Program-made: the position numbers and the translations under genes
DNA from: Squalus acanthias
Taxonomy: Eukaryota
Assembly: GCA_030390025.1 (NCBI GenBank)
Contig: CM059431.1
Coordinates: 151,902,001 to 151,966,000, forward strand
Direction of reading: 5' to 3'
Length of the DNA stretch: 64,000 nt
The notes under the pieces: model-generated
The model's input: only the letters and a program-made list of their open reading frames with translations
Databases searched by the model: none
Told to the model about the DNA's origin: nothing
In this document: piece by piece, positions 51,810 through 63,087 of the stretch
Layout: the number at the start of each line of letters is the position of its first letter
Numbering within the stretch: the stretch's first letter is position 1

Positions 51810-54800
51810 GACCAGTATGTCCTTGGCCCAAATAGGACGGAGGCATTGCTGGATCTGGGGCTGGGGCTGAGGTGGGTCATCGTATCATAAGATTTAGATT
51901 AGCAATGGAGAAGAGCAAGGAGCAATCTAGTGTGGGAATATTAAACTGGAATAGGGCTAATTTCAATGAAATGCGAAAGGATCTAGCCAGGGTAAAATGG
52001 AACGAAAGGCTTAGAGGAAAAACTGTAACGGAACAATGGGTGATCATTAAGGAGGAGATGTTCCAATTACAAGCTAGGTACATTCCAACAAGAAGAAAGG
52101 GTAAGGGAACCAAAGCAAGGGCTCCTTGGGTGATGAGGGAGTTGGAGAAGATGCTGAAACAAAAAAGAGGGCATATGATGCATGTCAGGTGAATTCCTCA
52201 AGGGAGAATCAGACCAAATACAATAAATTGAGATGGGAAGTGAAGATGAAAATAAGATTGGCAAAGAGAGAAAATGAGAGTAGAATGGCAGTTAACATAA
52301 AAGGGAACACAAAAATCTTCTACCGGCATGTAAACAGTAAGCGGGTAGTAAGAGGCAGGGTGCGGCTTATTAGGGACAAAGAAGGTAATATATACTTAGA
52401 GGCGCAGGAGAAGGGTAGAATTCACAATGAGTACTTTTTTCGGTGTTTCCTAAGGAGGTGGATGCTGACAAAATATTGGCAGAAGTGGAAAAGGTAGCGG
52501 TGAAAATTGATAGACAGTATGTACTGGAAAGGCTGGGTATGATTAGAGTGTATTAGTCGAATGGTCCAGATGACTTGCATGCCTGCTTGCTCAGGGAATT
52601 GGGGGAGGAGATCGCAGAAGGGCTTGCCATAATTTTCCAATCTTCCCTAGATGCGGGGGTAGTGCCTGAAGACTGGAAAGTGATAAATGTGACACCATTG
52701 TTCAAGAAAGCGTGTAAGGACAATCCTAGCAACTACAGGCCGGTCAGTTTAACATCAGTGGTTGGTAAAGTATTAGAAACAATGGCCCAAAAATTAGTGA
52801 GTGAGCCTTCGTGCGAGGGGAAGGCCTTCCCACGATCTCTCACTGCGCGCTGGCTTTTTCAGTCCGAGCTCGCACGAACTTGCTGTTCTGGACAGCAGCT
52901 GTGCAGGGCTTTCGTATCCCACAGGCGTAGTTAATTCGTGCGAGCTGTGGGATCACGTGACTCAGTTAGAGCCAATGGCAGCACACCATCTTTCATTCAT
53001 AGCTTTCACACCACGGCAGTGAAAGCTATGAATACTATACCCCCCCAAAAGAACAGCTAAACCTCAATTAAATAAAAAAAAACCCTATCACATTAATAAA
53101 ATAAGTATAGTTAAATAAATTAACCATTTTAAACAAAAAATTAAATTTTTGAAAAAATTTTAAATCTTTTAAAAAGTTATAAAAATAAACTTACCTGTCT
53201 TTAAAGACTCTAAAAAAGATATACCTGTTACAAAAAATTCAAACTAATACTTAATTAAGTACTTACCTTGTTAAAAGAGGGTCTTACACCTCCTTTCTTT
53301 ATGTCTAAAATCTTCCATGCTTACCTGCGCGTCCAAAGCACGAAGTGCACTGCGTGCGCACAGCCTGTAGCGCGCACGCGGTTCACCGAGGAACCGCCCC
53401 ATTTTGAATTCACCAAGTGCCGGTTTTCAGCGCATGCGCAGTGCATGCAAATAACCGGCAATTGGAGACGGAATACGCGAGAGCATACAGTGCGTTCTCT
53501 CGCGTAGCGGCACTAATTTTTGGGCCAATAATCGAGGAAAATGTAATAGGCACTTGGAGAGGTTTAAGCTAATTAAGGAAAGCCAACACAGATTTGTAAA
53601 AGGCGGATCGTATTAGACTCATCTGATTGAATTTTTTGATGAAGTAACAGGGAGGATTGATGAAGGGAATGCAATTGATGTTGTCTATATGGATTTTCGG
53701 AAGGCGTTTGACGAAGTACCACATCGAAGGCTGGTTAGCAAAATTGAAGCTGATGGAATAGGTGAGTCAGTGGCAGCTTGGAAAAGGAATTGGCTTAAGG
53801 ACAGAAAACAGCGAGTTGTGGTAAATGGCTGCTTTTCAGACTGGAGGATGGCAGACAGTGGTGTTCCCCAAGGATCAGTGCTGGGGCCCCGGTTTTTTTG
53901 ATATATATAATTGACTTGGAGATTGAAATACAGAGCAGAATTTCTAAATTTGCCGATGACACCAAACTTGGCGGTGTGACAAAGTGTGAGGATGTTGCCA
54001 ATCGACTGCAGCAGTACATAGTTAGACTTGGAGAACGGGCAGACAAGTGGCAGATGGAATTTAATACAGAGAAATGTGAGGTGATGCATTTTGCCAGAAG
54101 GATCAGGGAGAAGCAATATACCCTTAATGGCACAGTTTTAATGAATCTGCAGGGACAGAGCGACCTGGGAGATAATGTGCATAAATCCCTGAAGGTGGCA
54201 GGACAAATTGAGTGAGTGGTTAGCAAAGCATATGAGATTTTGGGCTTCATAAATAGAGGTATTGAGTACAAAAGTTATTAAGTTATGCTGATCCTTTAGA
54301 AAACGCTGGTTAGGCCACAACTGGAGTATTGCGTCCAGTTCTGGTCACCACAATTTAGGAAGGATATGAAGGCCCTTGAGAGGGTGCAGAGGAGATTTAC
54401 CAGAATGGTTCCGGGGATGAGGGATCTTAGCGACAAGGACAGATTGAGAAGCTGGATTTATTTTCATTGGAGCAAAGTCGGTTTGATAAAGGTTCACAAG
54501 TTTATCGCGGGTATGGATAGGCTGGATGTAGAAAGGCCGTTCCCACTAGTTGATGGTACGAGGACTGGGGGAAACAGATTTAAAATTTTGTGCAGGAGAT
54601 ACAGGGGGGAATGTGAGGATAAACTTTTTTACGCAGGTAGTGGTGAGGAGCTGGAACTCGCTGCCGACGGAAGTGGTTGAAGCGGAGACACTCATTTTTT
54701 TCAAGGGCAGGCTGGATAGGAACTTGAGGGAAATAAACTTGCAGGGCTACGGGGATAGAGCGGGGGAATGGGACTTACTGGATTGCTCTACAGAGAGCCG

Positions 54801-54860
54801 GCACATACTCGATGGGCCGAATGGCCGCCTTCTGTGCCGTTATGACTCTATGACTATGAC
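51810..54860 (+). mobile_element. CR1 ORF2 fragment and 3' UTR, interrupted by a MITE
   Basis: [18 protein letters not shown] and KFADDTKL motifs; (TATGACTC)n tail. Confidence 0.9.
52784..53526. mobile_element. Non-autonomous DNA transposon (MITE), possibly PIF/Harbinger-group
   Basis: Terminal inverted repeats GGCCCAAAAATTAGTG / CACTAATTTTTTGGGCC, 3-bp AAT duplication, AT-rich core. Absent from the paralogous site at about 26780. Confidence 0.85.
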
Positions 54861-55094
54861 TCCACTGCTGAAGCTCAATCATGACTGTTCTCTTTGAATC
54901 TTATGCGATACGTGCCTTGTTTTAACCGGAATCGAGTATGTTCACCCGGCCAAAGCAGCAAATAAATGTTTCCTGATACCTGTTCATTTTCGCAACAATA
55001 ATCTATTTGTATCCCAACTGAAGGAAGGCCTATCAAAAACGGAACACGATCTGCAATTAAGCTCTAGTTAGGATAGGAAGCTCGGGTTTGATCT

Positions 55095-55996
55095 TCATAT
55101 TTTGTTAACCAAGTTCCGAATCAATGCCCAGGGAGATTTCACTAATCTCACCAGCCCTTCCCTGAATCTGGTTTGAGTCGCTGCATAAATGCACGTGTTT
55201 GTGCAGGAGCTCAAGTACATGAGCATAAATCCGGTTGCAGATGCGATGTATGCAGGAGATGAATAATCGGGTCGAACATGAATGGCCAGGGAATTAATTA
55301 AATAATTGACGATAGATGTCAGCCATAACAATATAAAGCTGCCCGTTACACTGAAAAGTAAAATGATGGATTTCCTCCGGCTCTCCATCTCTGGATCGCT
55401 CTGATTCTCCCTGCAGTGACCCCGGAGTCTCCTGCGGGCTATACTGGCAGCTAGAATACGCCTGACCGTCAAACAATTAAACAGAAATATCAATGCGAAA
55501 GGAAGCCCTGATGAAATAACAGTTTGGAACCAGACGAATGCTATACCCGCAGGCGAGGTAAAAAAGTCGATTTTGAAGCGGCAACCCCAGTGAATCCTGT
55601 TAATGATGCGGTCAGTTCCAGATGAAAACGATAAGGGGATATCGACCGAGCAGAGCAGAACGGAGACCGTTGTTATGACGGCGGCCGCAGTTCTCACTGT
55701 GCAATATTTCCTTTTAAACTTCTCACAACTTATCGCGACATATCGGTCAAATGTGAAGGTGACGGTAAACCACACGGACATATGGAGGGCAACAGCATTC
55801 AAGTATATAAGCAACCTACAGACGGCAGTGAAGTTGAGGAATGAATGTGGAAAGTGATATGTAAAAACGCGGTACAGCAGCACATTGATGATCATGACCA
55901 GTAGATCTGCTGTTGCCATGGCCACCATGTAGACCGAGATACCTTTGGAAAGTCCGCATTTTCCTCCGGAGAGAATCACGATTGTCAGTAGGTTCG
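55095..55996 (-). CDS. GPR139/GPR142-like class A GPCR, exon 2 (spliced product 323 aa)
   Basis: Open frame with hydrophobic TM segments, ANLL (TM1), ATADLL (TM2), C...TFDRY (TM3), ECL2 Cys, LPF (TM5), LLWL (TM6) and CTNTCIY (TM7). Pyrimidine tract and CAG acceptor immediately upstream (AG at 55998-55997). Confidence 0.92.
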
Positions 55997-56324
55997 CTGT
56001 AAGAAAGAGGGGCAAGCGGTCAGTAACGGACACACTCGGAGAAATCTCACACCATATTGTGGGGAAGCGTGCAGATGTGTGCCTGTGCAGGCGGATTTTT
56101 AATTATAATGGCGAGCGTTAACGAAGAGTCTTTTTAAAAAAACATTGAACACTCAATATAGAGAGACTGAAAATACGCCGTCCTTCCCTGCATACTTCAG
56201 ACAGACATCACCAAATATTTAATTTAATTTCACAGCGATGAATACAATGATATGAATTCTAACGAAACATTCATTTGAGAGATCATCATTCAATTTAATT
56301 TGGAATTCAGCTCTTTTAATATGC

Positions 56325-58240
56325 ACAGTGCTGATAAACGGCAGGTAACAAAAGCGCCACCGAAGTGCCACTCAATGATTATCTTCAACAAGCGAGAGTC
56401 CAACCAACGTCCCGTGACATTCAATGGTACTAGAATCGTCCAATCCCCCCACCATCAAATTCCTGGATTCAACATTGACCAGAAACTTCACTGGACCAGC
56501 CACATAAATACTGTGGCAACAAGAGCAGGTAAAAGGCAAGGTATTCTTTGGCGAGTGACTCACCGCGAGTCTCCCCAAAGACTTTCTACCACCTACAAGG
56601 CACAAGCAAGGAGAGTTTCTTTTTATTCATATTTGGGATGTTGGCGTCGCTAGCAAGGCCAGCATTTCTTGCCCATTCGTAATTGCCCTTGAGAAGGTGG
56701 TGGTTCGCAGCCTTCTTGAAACGCTGCAGTCCGTGTGCTGAAGGTACTCCCACAGTGCTGTTAGGGATGGATTTCCAGGATTTTGACCCAGCGTCGTTGA
56801 ATGATCGGCGATATACTTCTAAGTCAGAATGGTGTGTGACTTGGAGGGGAACTTGGAGGTGGTGGTGTTCCCATTCGCCTGCTGGCCTTACCTTCTAGGT
56901 GGAATAGGTCGCGGGTTTGGGAGGTGCTGCCGAAGAAACCTTGGCGAGTTGCTGCAGTGCATCTTGTAGATGGTACACACTGCAGCCATGGTACGCCGGT
57001 GGTGGAGGGAGTGAATGTTTAAGGTGGTGGATGGGGTGCTAATCAAGCGGGCTGCTTTGTCCTGGATGGAATACTCTCCACTTCCCTGAATGACTGCAGC
57101 TCCAACAACACTCAAGTAGCTCGACATCATCCAAGACAAAGCAGCATGCTTGATTGGCACCCCATCCACCACCTTAAACATTCACTCCCTTCCCCACCGA
57201 CGGACCATGGCTGCAGTGTGTACAATCTACAAGATGCACTGCAGCAACACGCCAAGGCTTCTTCGGCAGCACCTCCGAAACCCGCGGCCTCTTTCACCTA
57301 GATGGAGAAGGGCAGCAGTCGCATGGGAACACCACTACCTCCAAGATCCCCTCCAAGTCACACATCATCCTGACTTAGAAGTATATCGGCGATCTTTCCT
57401 AGTCGCTGGATCAAAATGCTGGAACTCCCTACCTAACAGCACTGTGGGAGTACTGTAGGATAGAGTGTACCTGTAGGATTTATTAAACATTATTAAGATT
57501 GCATAACCATTATCAAATAACTGAATTGTATGTTAAAAACCTAAAAAAGCCAGTATAAAATGGAGAATGGCTGAGACCAAAGCATGATGGTAAATTTAAG
57601 CCAACATTATGTTAACTGCGAGAATAGTGCTCAGGTAGTATAGATTTTATGTTATGTTTAAAACAAAAAGGCAGTGAGGGACAAAACATAGATAATGGGC
57701 AATGGGAAAGGCAAAAGATGTAAAAGTTCTCAGAGAAAAGCTCACAGCTGAAAAAGGGAGGGAATCATAGACCGTACTTGTGACGTTCAGAATGGTGGGA
57801 CAGCCCAAGCAGCTGCAAATTGCTGTGTATTTTGACGGAAAAAAAGGTATAAAGCAAAAGCTATTGAACACTGAAAGCAGCGCGCAGCGAGAAACCAGAG
57901 GATGGGAAGCTTCAGTCAACATAACACAGCAAGATAATAAAGAGACCGCGCCAAAGTCACTCGGAAGGAACGCCGGGGTTCAGCGAACAAATTGTGACTA
58001 TCGTCTTGCTCAGTAGTACTTTCTCTGTACTGGATGTTTAATGCTTAATAAACCTGCTTTACTTATACACAATATACCTGTACCCAGAGTGGTTTGTGTA
58101 GTCGCGGACAAATTATTATAAGGAGCTTTTAAAAGCTACAGTACATTCACCACACGGATGCAGCGGTGTAAGAAGGCGGCTCACCACAACCTTCTCAAAG
58201 GCAATTAAGCGACGCCCACATCCCACAAACGAATTAAAAA
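56325..58240. mobile_element. Intronic inverted pair of CR1/L2-group LINE fragments (paralogue of 34450-35695)
   Basis: Antisense copy at about 56620-57065; sense copy at 57066-57453 and 58141-58240. Confidence 0.8.
57454..58140 (+). mobile_element. Solo LTR (687 bp) in the GPCR intron
   Basis: TGTAG...CTACA termini, perfect GTAC duplication, AATAAA at about 58047. Absent from the paralogous site at about 35578. Confidence 0.88.
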
Positions 58241-58755
58241 CAATCGCCTGTGAAGCCCGGGTTTGGGGGGAGCTGCTCGGTAACAGAGCGGGAGCTGGTG
58301 GAGACGCGAAGGTTCTTGGCTGCCGAGGGGAGTGGAGCCGCTGCCTGATAGGCAATTATTGCTGAAAGTATCTTTCAAAGTTCCCTGTTGGTTGGAGTTG
58401 GCTGTAGTCCGAGCCGAGAAATTATTAACGTAAAATAAACAGGGTACAAGTGTACAACTGATGTGATTACCATCCACACGAAGCAACACTTCCTGTACTG
58501 ATCTCTATATTGTTGGAGGGGCCGGTCGGAGTCAGCTTCGCTCTCCCTCAGTTTAGGGAGGAAAGGCGAGCGCCGGCACTCACGAGCTACCGACCAGCTT
58601 CTCCGGTCGTGCGGACTGTTTGGCTTCTCACTGATATTCACCAACTTATCCTGAAGGATAAGTGACACTGCAATGAGAACATTCTCGGAATCATTACATA
58701 ATCATTAACACTGAGATAATCAACAGCCATTAGACAACATGATACACTGACTTAC

Positions 58756-58825
58756 CGGGAATGCCAAAGGTTGCGAGAGCAGGATAGTAAATAATGCGGA
58801 CCAATTCAATTGTTGGCAGTAACAT
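58756..58825 (-). CDS. GPR139/GPR142-like GPCR exon 1 (MLLPTIELVRIIYYPALATFGIP)
   Basis: 70-nt exon from ATG to G|GTAAGT. It joins exon 2 in frame (G+CG = Ala) and completes TM1. Confidence 0.9.
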
Positions 58826-58904
58826 TTTTTTTAACAAGAATATGTGACTTCTGTCCGGCTTTATGGTTAGCGTCAAAGTGTACATGCGATCCATAAACAC
58901 ACTC

Positions 58905-58957
58905 CTTTTATAGAAAACTCGCTGCCCCGGTGAGACTATTAGTCACAGGACAATTGG
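58905..58957 (-). promoter_or_regulatory. Putative core promoter: TATAAAAG (58912-58905) and CCAAT (58957-58953)
   Basis: Canonical motifs about 80 and 130 nt upstream of the ATG, within a unique region conserved between the paralogues. Confidence 0.6.
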
Positions 58958-59239
58958 CGTTAGTTACAGTCACTAAACCAACAAGGCAAGATTCTCCGCA
59001 TCAGTGTGCCTGGGACAACAAAGGTTACATTTTACAATTCAGTTCATAAAACTCCAACAATTCAAATGAATGGACGGGAACTCATAGCAGATGGAATGTA
59101 CTGTGCACAAGCACCGTGATCCATCACGGGAACATCCCACACGGGCACTGCGTTAGGTTACTGTTGCCTCCTAAGAATTCGTGATATATTTAACTCATCC
59201 ATTAGATTGTTTAATTTATCTATCTACCATGCTGATAAA

Positions 59240-61790
59240 TGTAGGTGACCCTACACTAACCTTACTGGTGCTGACTTTAATCTGAAATTACTGGTGGTGA
59301 CCCTACTCTAACAATACTGGATGTGAATTCACTCTAATATTACCGTTGGTGACTCTACTATGACAATACTGCTTATGACCCTGCTCTAACATTAATGGTG
59401 GTGAGTCGACACTAACATTACTGGCGGGGACTATATTCTAACATTACTGGTGGTGACCCTACTCTAACATTACTGGTGGTGACTATATTCTAACATTACT
59501 GGTGGTGACCCTACTCTAACAGTACTGGTGGTGACCCTACTCTAACGTTAATGGTAGTGACACTACTCTAACATTTCTGATGGTGACTCAACACTAACAT
59601 TACTGGTGGTGACTCTATTCTTTCATTCTTGAAGGTGACCATACTATAACGTTGCTGTTGGTCACTCTACACTAACATTATTGGTGGTGACTTTACTCTA
59701 ACATTACTGGTGGTGACCCTACTCTAGCACAAATGGTGGTGAATATATTCTAACAGTACTGGTTGTGACAATATTCTAACATTACTGGTGGTGACTCCAC
59801 TCTAACATTTCTGGTGATGACCCTACTCTAACTTTATTGGTGATGAAACTACTCTGACATTACAAGTGGTGATCATAATCTAACATTACTGGTGGTGACT
59901 CTACTATGAATTTATTGGTGGTGATCATACTTTGACATTACTGGAGGTGACCCTGCTCTCACATTTCTGGAGAGGACCCTCCTCTAAAATTACTGCTGGT
60001 GACTCGACAGTAACATTACTGATGAGGACACTACTTAACATTACTGATGATGACGCTGCTCTAACATTACTGTTAAGGAACCTACTCTAACATTATTGGT
60101 CTAAATTTACACTCGCATTACCGGTGGTGACCCGATTTTAACATTACTGGTGATGACCTTACTCTAACGTTAATGGCGGAGACCTTACTCTACCATTACC
60201 AGTTGTGACTCCGGTCTAACCTTACTGGTGATGGGTCTAGTCTAAATTAACTGGCGGATAAATACGGTGAACTAAATTGCGATGACCATACTCTAACACG
60301 ACTGGAGGTGACTCTATTCTAACACTATTGTTGGTGACTTAACTCTAACTTTACTTGTGGTGACGCTAATCTAGCATTATAGGTGGTGACTCTACTCGAA
60401 CATTACTGGTGTTGACTATACATTAACATTAATGGTGGAGCCTCTACTCAAACGTTATTGGTGGTGACCCTACTCTAACATTACTGGTTGTGACTCTACT
60501 TTAACATTGCTGATGGTGACTCTACTCAAACGTTACTGTTGGTGACTATACTTTAACATTATGTTGGTGACCTTACTCTGACATTACTGGTGGTGACTCT
60601 ACATTAACATTACTGGTGAGGAACCGACTCTACCATTAGTGGTGGTGACTCTACTCTAACATTACTGATGCTGCCCTACGCTAACATTATTGGTGGTGAC
60701 TCTACTCTAACATTACTGGTGGTGACCCTACTCTAACATTACTGGTTATGACCCTACTCTAACATTATTGGTGATGACATTTCTCTTATATTACTAGTGT
60801 TGATCATACTCTAAAATGACAGGTGGTATACTCTAACATTATCGATGGTGAACTACTCTACATTATCGATGTTGACTCTACTCTATCATTACTGGAGGTG
60901 ACACTGCCCTAACATGTCTGGTGAGGTCCCTACTCTAAAATTACTGTTGGAGAGTCTACACTAACATTACTGGTGAGGACACTACTGAACATTCCTGGTG
61001 GTGACTCTAATATAACATTACTGGTGACGCACCTACTCTTATATGTCTGGTGATGAATCAACACGAGCTTGACCGGTGATGACCCGTTTTTACCATTATT
61101 GGTGATGATCCTACTCTAACTTTAATTGCGGAGACCATACTCTAACATTATTTGTTGTGACTCCGCTCTAGCATTACTGGTGATGAGTCTAGTCAAACAC
61201 GACTGGTGGTGAGTCTACTGTAACACTAATGTTGGTGACTCTATTCTAGCATTACTTGTGCTGACCCTAATCTAGCATTACTGGTGGTGACTCTACTCGA
61301 ACATTACTGGTGGTGACTATATTAAACATTAATGGTGGTGACACTACTACAACATTACTTCTGTTGACTCTACTTTAACATTACTGGGGAAGACTCTACT
61401 GTAACGTTACTAGTGGTAACTCTACTCTAACATTACTGATGATGAACCTACTCTACCGTTACTGGTGAAAGGTCATCGACCTGAAACGTTAACTCTCTTT
61501 CTCTCTCCACGGATGCTGCCTGGTCTGCTGAGTTTTTCCAGCGTTTTCTGTTGTTATTACCGTTACTGGTGTTGACCCTACTCTAACATTACTGGTGGTG
61601 ACCCTACTCTAGCATTACTGGCATGATTCTACACTAACATTACTGGTGATGACTCTACTCTAACATTACAGGTTGTAACTCTACTCTGACATCACTGGTG
61701 GAGATTCTACTCTAATATTATTGATGATGACCCTACTCAAACTTTACCGATGTTGAACCTTCTCTAACATAACTGGTGGTGATCATAAAC
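59240..61790. repeat. 26-bp minisatellite, about 2.5 kb
   Basis: Same unit as 36690-43510. Confidence 0.97.
61468..61557 (+). mobile_element. Penelope-derived short element with partial hammerhead core
   Basis: 14-bp duplication TACCGTTACTGGTG (61454-61467/61558-61571). Core-like sequence CTGGTGA-A-AGGTC ATC GACCT-GAAACGTTA. Confidence 0.75.
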
Positions 61791-61799
61791 TAACATGTC

Positions 61800-62646
61800 A
61801 TAATTGATATGACACGTTTGATAATTGATAATGCACGCGTTATAATTGAAATACGCGCTTAATAATTGGCAATACGCACTTGATAATTGATAGCACTCGT
61901 TTGATAATTGAAAGGCGACCCCTGATAATTGACAGAACGTGCTTGATAATTGGTAATACACGCTTGATAATTGATAGGACATGCTTGATAACTGATAGGG
62001 CATGCTAGAGAATTGATAACATACGCTTGATAATTGATAGAATATATTTGATAATTGATAATACACGTTTGATAATTGATAGGACATGCTTGATAATTGA
62101 TAATACACGCTTGATTATTGATAATCCAGGCTTGATAATTGATAATTCACGCTTGATAATTGATTATACAAGCTTGATAAATGATAATAAACGCTTGATA
62201 ATGGACAGGACGTGCTTGATAATTGATAATACACGCTTGATAATTGATTGGACATGCTTGATATTTGATAGGATATGCTTGATGATTGATATAACCGCCT
62301 TGATGATTGATAGCTCATGCAGGATAACTTATAAAACAAGCTTGATAATTGATAATACATGCTTGATAATTGATAATACACGCTCGATATTTGATAATAC
62401 ACGCTTGATACTTCACAGGCCACTCCAGACAATTAATAATGGACGCTTGATAATTGATAATACAAGCTTGATAATTGATAATCCACCCTTGATTATCGAT
62501 TGGACATTTTAATAATTGATTATTCACGCGTGATAATTAATAATACATGTCTGATAATTGATAGGACACGCTGGATATTTGATAATACACGCTTGATAAT
62601 TGATAGAACAATATTGATAATTGATATCACCAACTTGATTATTGAT
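61800..62646. repeat. 21-bp minisatellite
   Basis: Same unit as 16064-16640. Confidence 0.95.
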
Positions 62647-62945
62647 ATGATGTGGAGTTGCCGGTGTTGGACTGGGGAGGACAAAGGTGAGAAGTCGCAC
62701 AACAACAGGTTATATTCCAACAGCTTTATTTGAAAACACAATCTTTCGGAGCGCTGCTCGTTCGTCAGGTGAAGTGAAGAGATGCATATAGGCACAGCAT
62801 ATATAGTCAGAGAACACTGCCAGATGATTACAGTTAATCTTTCCAACTGCCCTTTATCACACCTCGGCAGAGAGATAATCAGGCCAATCAAAGGTGTGGA
62901 TGGTGTCCAAACAGGTCAGTCAGGAAAACATTACATCAAAGACAA
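62647..62945 (-). mobile_element. Penelope-like pseudo-LTR with a complete minimal hammerhead motif (62737-62771)
   Basis: Minus strand reads CAC-CTGACGA-ACGAGCAGCGCTCC-GAAAGATT-GTG, followed by AATAAA and preceded by TATATA. Confidence 0.78.
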
Positions 62946-63087
62946 TGTGGCAGATGCTGGGGTCTGTATGGAAAACAAAAAACATTTTTTTGCTGAAATC
63001 ACAGCAGGACTCGAGTCGTCGTTGGCTTCTTCTCTCTACACAGATGCTGCGGGACCTGCTGTGATTTCCTGCAAAAAAATGTTTTGG
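62946..63087. mobile_element. Short inverted-repeat element, probably Penelope-derived
   Basis: AAAACATTTTTTTGCTGAAATCACAGCAGG is inverted against CCTGCTGTGATTTCCTGCAAAAAAATGTTTT. Shares CAGATGCTGC...CTGCTG with the 61468 element. Confidence 0.6.

Noticed and set aside
55997..56033. Single-exon GPCR starting at 56033
   Set aside because: This is the intron's pyrimidine tract and acceptor with a non-ATG start; TM1 is only completed by the upstream exon.
55095..58825. Assigning the symbol GPR139
   Set aside because: Family-level resemblance only; orthology cannot be shown without phylogeny and synteny.
62027..62512. Heptad-repeat ORFs (LIIDNTR, YYQLSSV, SIIKRVL)
   Set aside because: A by-product of a 21-bp unit divisible by three; frames are open on both strands and there is no gene structure.
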